Source of the DNA: an uncultured Solobacterium sp.
GTDB lineage: Bacteria > Bacillota_I > Bacilli_A > Erysipelotrichales > Erysipelotrichaceae
Assembly (NCBI GenBank): GCA_905235315.1
Contig: CAJOLG010000001.1
Location: 4,944 to 68,943, forward strand
DNA: 64,000 nucleotides
Direction: 5' to 3'
Shown here in pieces: positions 58,984-64,000 of the stretch. Both the position numbers and the translations under genes were made by a program. Each line of letters opens with the position of its first letter. Positions within the stretch are counted from its first letter, which is position 1. The notes under the pieces were generated by a model. That model was not told the DNA's origin. It made no database searches and worked only from the letters and a program-made list of their open reading frames with translations.

Positions 58984-59754
58984 TCAGTCCTGCTTTTCGA
59001 ACTGGAACACGTCCATGTTCAGAGAAGGATCACAGAACGCCTCTCCCATATGTTCGACCATGTAGGGGCTCACTGCCGCCGCATCATCCTCGTCAATGAT
59101 CTTTGCGTCCCGCGGCACCAGCAGGTCAGAATACGGCGCTCCGAGCGCCATCAGGCCGTCTGCGATAAACCCTGCCATGACAACCGCGCCGTGGACCTGA
59201 AGATGAGAATTGTCTTTCGGATATACATAAAGCGGCCGGGACGCAAAATCACCAAGTTTTGTGAGATATTGTTCCGATTTCCGGGTCAGTTCGATAAACG
59301 GAATGTGTTCCCGTTCCGCCAGCTCCTGCGCAGCTTTGGGGTATTCCCCGTGACTGCCCGGCAGAAAGTTTCCTTCATTGTCAAATAATCTGCGCGCAAT
59401 GGGAGAAAGGATCACCGGATAGGCTCCCTTCCCCTTTGCGGTATCCGCCATCCGCTTCAGGTTTTCCTGATACGCACCGTAAGGGTCCGCATAGCGCAGC
59501 GGATCTGACTGTTTCTGATCGTTGTGTCCGAACTGAATGAAGACAAAGTCCCCCTCCTGAATGAATGTTTCTGCTTCCTGAAGTCTTCCCTGCTCGATAA
59601 ATGATTTTGTGCTGCGCCCGTTGACCGCAAAGCTCCGCACAAATACATCGTCTTTGAGATACCACAGAAGCCCCTGCGAAAGACCGGTCTGCGGGTAGGT
59701 TGCGATATGATTCCACGTTACCGTGCTGTCGCCGAGATAGATGATTCGTTTCAT
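58984..59754 (-). CDS. Rhamnogalacturonan/pectin acetylesterase (CE12, SGNH)
   Basis: LGDST, GRST, QFGHND and DNSH motifs; GGAGG SD. Confidence 0.9.
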   Translation of the reverse strand: MKRIIYLGDSTVTWNHIATYPQTGLSQGLLWYLKDDVFVRSFAVNGRSTKSFIEQGRLQEAETFIQEGDFVFIQFGHNDQKQSDPLRYADPYGAYQENLKRMADTAKGKGAYPVILSPIARRLFDNEGNFLPGSHGEYPKAAQELAEREHIPFIELTRKSEQYLTKLGDFASRPLYVYPKDNSHLQVHGAVVMAGFIADGLMALGAPYSDLLVPRDAKIIDEDDAAAVSPYMVEHMGEAFCDPSLNMDVFQFEKQD

Positions 59755-59856
59755 TGCCGCCTCCATTCAATAATGAAGGGCAGGCGGGCTTTGCCCTCCT
59801 GCCCTGCTTTCGTCACAAACAATTCGTAAAAACCTGTTGTCGTGAAGACAGATGTT

Positions 59857-60693
59857 TTATTCCTTGACCGCACCGGCGTTGATACCGGTAACGAAGTACT
59901 TCTGCAGGAACGGATACGCAACCATAAACGGAAGGATCGCGCATACGATGGACGCATAGTACAGCGTATTCTGAGATACCTTGTACGCGGTCGTCGGCGT
60001 ATCACCGTCCATGATCATAACGCGCAGCTGATACTGGAAGTTGACCTGGGTGGGTGATGTGATGTAAATCTGTACGGTTGAATAGTCGTTCCAGATGGTG
60101 ACCGCAAACATCAGACCGATGGATGCGAGAGCAGCCTTGGAAAGCGGCAGAACAACCTTGTAGAAAATCTGCATCGGACTGCATCCGTCAAGCTCAGCCG
60201 CTTCATACAGCGAAGTCGGAATTCCTTCGAAGAAGTTCTTCATAAGTACGAGATTGTAGACGTTGATACCATGTTTCACAACAAGGATCCACATACTGTC
60301 AACGAGATGCAGCTGCTTCATAACCAGGTATTCCGGAATCATACCGCCGGAGAAGATCATGGTAATCAGCAGGTAGTAGGAAAACAGATTTCTGCCCGGC
60401 ATTTCATACTGGTTGAGAACGTAACCGCCGAGTGTAGCCATCGCAAGACCGACCAGGGTTCCGATCAGTGTCGTAACAACAGAGTTCAGGAACGGGCGGA
60501 ACAGTTTTTCCGTGGTCAGGATCGTCGCATAACCGCCTAATGTCGGATCGTTCGGCCAGAGCTGGAACTTGTAGACACCGACTGCGTTGAACGAGTCGGA
60601 TACGACCTTCCAGATCGGAATGATGATGATCAGTGTAAGAATTGCAAATACGATGTAGAGGATTACATCAAACATTGTTGCTTTTTTGTTCAT
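59857..60693 (-). CDS. Carbohydrate ABC permease
   Basis: FSGGMIPEY and EAAELDGC (EAA) motifs. Confidence 0.93.
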   Translation of the reverse strand: MNKKATMFDVILYIVFAILTLIIIIPIWKVVSDSFNAVGVYKFQLWPNDPTLGGYATILTTEKLFRPFLNSVVTTLIGTLVGLAMATLGGYVLNQYEMPGRNLFSYYLLITMIFSGGMIPEYLVMKQLHLVDSMWILVVKHGINVYNLVLMKNFFEGIPTSLYEAAELDGCSPMQIFYKVVLPLSKAALASIGLMFAVTIWNDYSTVQIYITSPTQVNFQYQLRVMIMDGDTPTTAYKVSQNTLYYASIVCAILPFMVAYPFLQKYFVTGINAGAVKE

Positions 60694-60707
60694 CGTGTAA
60701 TCCTCCC

Positions 60708-61667
60708 TTACATGATTCCGCGGCCGCGGATCCGCTTGCTTGCATAGTCACTGGCAAGCATCAGACACATACCAACCAGCGATTTGAACAGACCGACGGC
60801 AGTGGTATAGCCGTAGTCAGGAATTGCGGTAAGGAATGTCTTACGGTAGATGTAAGTTGAAATAACATCGGAAACTTCAAGAACACGGGTGTTGTACAGA
60901 ACGAATACCGGCTCGAAGATGTTGAGAACCTTCGCCAGGTTCAGAATCAGTACAATGATGATCGTGTTGGACAGAGCCGGCAGTGTAACATACCGGATCT
61001 TCTGAAGTCTGGTCGCACCGTCGAGTTCCGCCGCTTCATAGAGACCGGGATCGATACCGGACAGCGTTGCGAAGAATACGACCGTTCCCCAGCCTGTTTC
61101 CTTCCACAGGTCGATGAGGTAGAAGATCGGGCGCCACAGTGCTTTTGTGTGCAGGAAGTCGATACTCTGTGTGATCACTCCCCAGCTCTTCAGCGTTTCG
61201 TTTACGAAACCGGTGGAAGAGGTGGACAGGAAGAGTGTGAAGATCGCTGCGACAACGGCCCATGACATGAAGTGCGGCAGGTAAATTACCGTCTGAACAA
61301 GTTTCTTGCAGAAGAGATTCAGCATCTCATTCAGGAAGATCGAGATGAGAACCGCAACAAACGTGTTAAGGAGTAACTTGACGATCGAGAGAGTCAGGGT
61401 ATTTGTAAAGGATAACCAGAACTCTTTTTCCGCAAACAGTCTTGTGAAGTTTGCGAGACCGACCCAGTGGATATCTCTCAGCTTATAGCTGAAGAACGCG
61501 TACCGGACACCGAGCATCGGCCAGTAGTAAACAATTAATACGAAGATGAATACAGGAAGAAACATCAGATAGAAACCGGTATACGGTTTCATTCTCTGAG
61601 CTAACGTCTTCTTCGGCGCAACCCACGTCGTTGTCTGAGGTCCCCTGGAGTCTTCATTAGTACTCAT
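60708..61667 (-). CDS. Carbohydrate ABC permease (LplB-like)
   Basis: YLPHFMSW, WKETGWG and LYEAAELDGA motifs. Confidence 0.93.
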   Translation of the reverse strand: MSTNEDSRGPQTTTWVAPKKTLAQRMKPYTGFYLMFLPVFIFVLIVYYWPMLGVRYAFFSYKLRDIHWVGLANFTRLFAEKEFWLSFTNTLTLSIVKLLLNTFVAVLISIFLNEMLNLFCKKLVQTVIYLPHFMSWAVVAAIFTLFLSTSSTGFVNETLKSWGVITQSIDFLHTKALWRPIFYLIDLWKETGWGTVVFFATLSGIDPGLYEAAELDGATRLQKIRYVTLPALSNTIIIVLILNLAKVLNIFEPVFVLYNTRVLEVSDVISTYIYRKTFLTAIPDYGYTTAVGLFKSLVGMCLMLASDYASKRIRGRGIM

Positions 61668-61751
61668 AGTTTTTCTCCCCTCGGACGCAATGGCCCTTTG
61701 TTGTTTTGAAACAAACTAAGATGAATGGTTTTCGTTGAACAATCAGAGAAA

Positions 61752-61799
61752 CATGCCCCGCTTCCCTTCACTGACGTACATCAGGAAGCAGGGCTTGTT
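61752..61799 (-). other. Stem-loop 3' of the SBP gene (probable mRNA stabiliser or attenuator)
   Basis: gccccgcttcc...ggaagcagggc inverted repeat between SBP and permease genes. Confidence 0.5.
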
Positions 61800-61825
61800 T
61801 TAATTCACGTTGGTTTTCAGTCAGA

Positions 61826-63454
61826 TCAGCCGTTGAGTTCTGCGACGATCGTTTCGGAAACGGAACCGAACTGGTCTTTGTACTGCTGGACTGCTTCTTC
61901 CGGTGTGATTTCACCGACAACCGCCTTGTTCATGAGCGCTTTCTTGCCTTCCGCAAGATCTGCTTCATACTCGGTCAGAGTCGAAGAGGAAGCTGCCTGA
62001 GGAGCGTCAACGCAGTTCTCTGTGAAGAACTTGTTGCCTTCTGTGATGAGATCATCGTTGTCAACGAAGCCGTTTGTCAGCGGAGCGATAACGAGGACTG
62101 CATCGAGATGGTTCTTCTTCCAGAGGGAGTTCGGATCATTCGGATTCGGTCTCAGATGGAATTCACCTGCTGCGTAGGTGTAGGTCTTTTCGTTTTCTGT
62201 ACCGGCATTGAGTACGAACTCTTCTGCGTCTGTGGACCAGTGAACGCCTTCTGCACCATAAGTCCAGAGGGTCTGAACCTTGTCGCCGTCGAGCATTGTT
62301 TCAAACAGCGCATCGAAGATTGCCTGTTCACGTGCGTTGTTGCCGTCGCCGTCATCGGTGATGACCCATGTCGGAGCTTCACGGTTGAGGTAGCCGCCCC
62401 AGGTGTCCTTGATCTCCTTGATCGGCGGGAGCTGTACGAGTTCTTCGAGGTCGCCGTTCTGATTTCTGACTTCGTTCTTGTTCATGTTGTCAGTCAGCGT
62501 TCTCAGCCATGTGCCTGCCCAGTAGGTGAATGCGCCTTCGGAAGTTGTCTGGTCGTTGGAGAAGAACTTCTCACGCGCCTGCTTGGTGCCTGCTTCTTCG
62601 GTATCCGGGTCGATGATGCCGTCTTTGTAAGCCTGATTCAGTCTTGCCAGAGCCTCAATGGTCGCATCCTCTGTGAAACCGTCAACCCATTCGCCTGTCT
62701 CACGGTTTTTGTAGAACGAAGGATATGCGCCCTGCCAGAATTCCGGCATGTAGTTGATGTACGGAGCTTCATCGAGTTTGCCGAAGCCGGCAGCGATTAC
62801 ACCGTATGTCTTGTTATTGCCGTCGCCGTCCGGGTCATTCTCTGTGAATGCCTTGAGAACTGCGTAGTAGTCATCGAATGTCTTGATGTCATCAACGCTC
62901 TTGCCGACTGCTTCAAGCCAGCCCTTCTTGAGATAGGTAACGCATCCGTTGCCGTATGTCGGAGAGAAGCCGTACTGTGCGCCGTCTGCTGTACGAAGAT
63001 TCATATTGATGGACGGGAGTGTGACACGGCTCTGGAATTCCGCATTGTCATACGCGTCAGCGAGGTTCCAGAGAAGACCTGTTGTCTGATACTGTCTCAG
63101 CATGGACGCGGACATGATCAGCGCATCAGGATATCCGGAATCACCCGGCTGTCCGGTTGTGAGTGTTCTGGATACGGTTCCGGAATAATCCGAGTGGTCG
63201 AGCTGTGTGATGTTGAGCTTGATCGGATGTCCGATGCGTTCGGAAACCGCCTCTTCCCACTGCTGAACAAATTCCGCCTGACCTGCATCAACCGTAGCGG
63301 TAATGGTTCCGTCTACTGTGATGTTGATTGTCTCGAGAACATAGTTTCCATTCTCGTCGACGCTTCCGCCTGCCGCAGGTGCGTTCGCGGAGCTGCTGCC
63401 GCAGCCCGCCAGCATCGCTGCACAGGCGATCAAAGAAAGTAACCTCTTTTTCAT
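61826..63454 (-). CDS. Sugar ABC substrate-binding lipoprotein
   Basis: Lipobox LAGC; DPDGDG motif; about 540-aa LplA-like SBP; GGAGG SD. Confidence 0.9.
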   Translation of the reverse strand: MKKRLLSLIACAAMLAGCGSSSANAPAAGGSVDENGNYVLETINITVDGTITATVDAGQAEFVQQWEEAVSERIGHPIKLNITQLDHSDYSGTVSRTLTTGQPGDSGYPDALIMSASMLRQYQTTGLLWNLADAYDNAEFQSRVTLPSINMNLRTADGAQYGFSPTYGNGCVTYLKKGWLEAVGKSVDDIKTFDDYYAVLKAFTENDPDGDGNNKTYGVIAAGFGKLDEAPYINYMPEFWQGAYPSFYKNRETGEWVDGFTEDATIEALARLNQAYKDGIIDPDTEEAGTKQAREKFFSNDQTTSEGAFTYWAGTWLRTLTDNMNKNEVRNQNGDLEELVQLPPIKEIKDTWGGYLNREAPTWVITDDGDGNNAREQAIFDALFETMLDGDKVQTLWTYGAEGVHWSTDAEEFVLNAGTENEKTYTYAAGEFHLRPNPNDPNSLWKKNHLDAVLVIAPLTNGFVDNDDLITEGNKFFTENCVDAPQAASSSTLTEYEADLAEGKKALMNKAVVGEITPEEAVQQYKDQFGSVSETIVAELNG

Positions 63455-63501
63455 TTTCCTTCCTCCTTTGGATAGATGTTATGATTTTTGTAATTTGCTG
63501 A

Positions 63502-63515
63502 TGTAAGCGTTTACG
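63502..63515. promoter_or_regulatory. cre-like (CcpA/LacI-type) site
   Basis: TGTAAGCGTTTACG matches TGWAANCGNTNWCA at 13 of 14 positions; lies just downstream of the SBP promoter. Confidence 0.6.
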
Positions 63516-63528
63516 TAATCACAGTTTT

Positions 63529-63557
63529 ACTGTACAACCTGGGTTTTGATAATTCAA
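63529..63557 (-). promoter_or_regulatory. SigA-type promoter of the pectin ABC operon
   Basis: TTGAAT-17-TACAGT on the minus strand. Confidence 0.55.
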
Positions 63558-63821
63558 GACTAAAAATAGGTGTTTTTTGCCTGTTTTCCTAATGTAATTT
63601 TGCGTTTATGCCATATTTTACTGTTTTTTTATCTTTTACTGCAGCTTGATTGAGTTATTGCACAATTTATACATCCTGCCGGGATTGCTCGATATACACA
63701 AAGGCCCAGCTTTAAGGCGAACCGGTTTAGTTTCTCGTTTCTTCCGGTTTTTTCACGTTTCTTTACAAAAATGTGCCCGAAAAATATGATTAGGATGAAA
63801 AATCGGAAGGAGGTCCGATCC

Positions 63822-64000
63822 ATGACAGATTCTCTGTATTTCCGGCGCGAAGCGCTGCCGTTCCCGCTTTTCTCCGTTATCGTCAGTCTTCACGGGAACC
63901 GGATCCAGGAGGAATTCTTCCGGCCGCACACAAAGCATACCCTTCATCGGATGTTTTCCGTCACGAAGAGTTATACCGCGCTTGCGGTCTGCGCGCTCGC
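63822..64000 (+). CDS. Serine hydrolase (beta-lactamase family), truncated by the window edge
   Basis: AAGGAGG SD; MTDSLYF...HRMFSVTKS (SxxK). Confidence 0.8.
   Translation, partial: MTDSLYFRREALPFPLFSVIVSLHGNRIQEEFFRPHTKHTLHRMFSVTKSYTALAVCAL

Noticed and set aside
1-64000. CRISPR arrays, rRNA, IS elements, prophage or defence systems
   Set aside because: No regularly spaced repeats, transposase, integrase, phage or nuclease motifs recognised by eye

Overview
A 64 kb chromosomal window from an anaerobic gut- or rumen-type Firmicute. The lipoprotein signals and gene repertoire suggest Erysipelotrichaceae (inference). No CRISPR array, rRNA, prophage, integrase or IS element is visible. Left part: an hfs-type [FeFe]-hydrogenase cluster (catalytic hydrogenase, 2Fe-2S protein, PAS-containing sensory hydrogenase, SpoIIE/PP2C phosphatase), DJ-1, typA, tRNA-Leu(GAG) and cell-envelope genes (D,D-carboxypeptidase, acyltransferase-3, L,D-transpeptidase). 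It also holds an acyl-CoA ligase paired with a stand-alone E2-like acyltransferase, mntP with a yybP-ykoY riboswitch, and a PPK2 / nucleoside kinase / PPK1 block. Middle: msrA, MATE, tex, a multi-TM protein with a permuted papain-like domain, an ECF sigma/anti-sigma operon, a liv ABC operon, a HAD hydrolase, an MFS-like + membrane protein + microprotein trio, fused feoAB, ogt and a PMI-ROK fusion. Right: a ~16 kb pectin-utilisation locus (ankyrin-GH43, AraC, GH43, epimerase, GH28, GH105, YesL, type IV ABC, CE12, sugar ABC importer, serine hydrolase). The most notable unexplained items are the probably kinase-dead ROK domain fused to PMI, the His-to-Glu E2-like acyltransferase coupled to an acyl-CoA ligase, the permuted papain-like membrane enzyme and the microprotein trio. 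Also notable are the ankyrin-GH43 fusion, Lys-rich tails on both polyP kinases, and two internally deleted mini-genes. All family calls come from motif recognition by eye; no searches were run.
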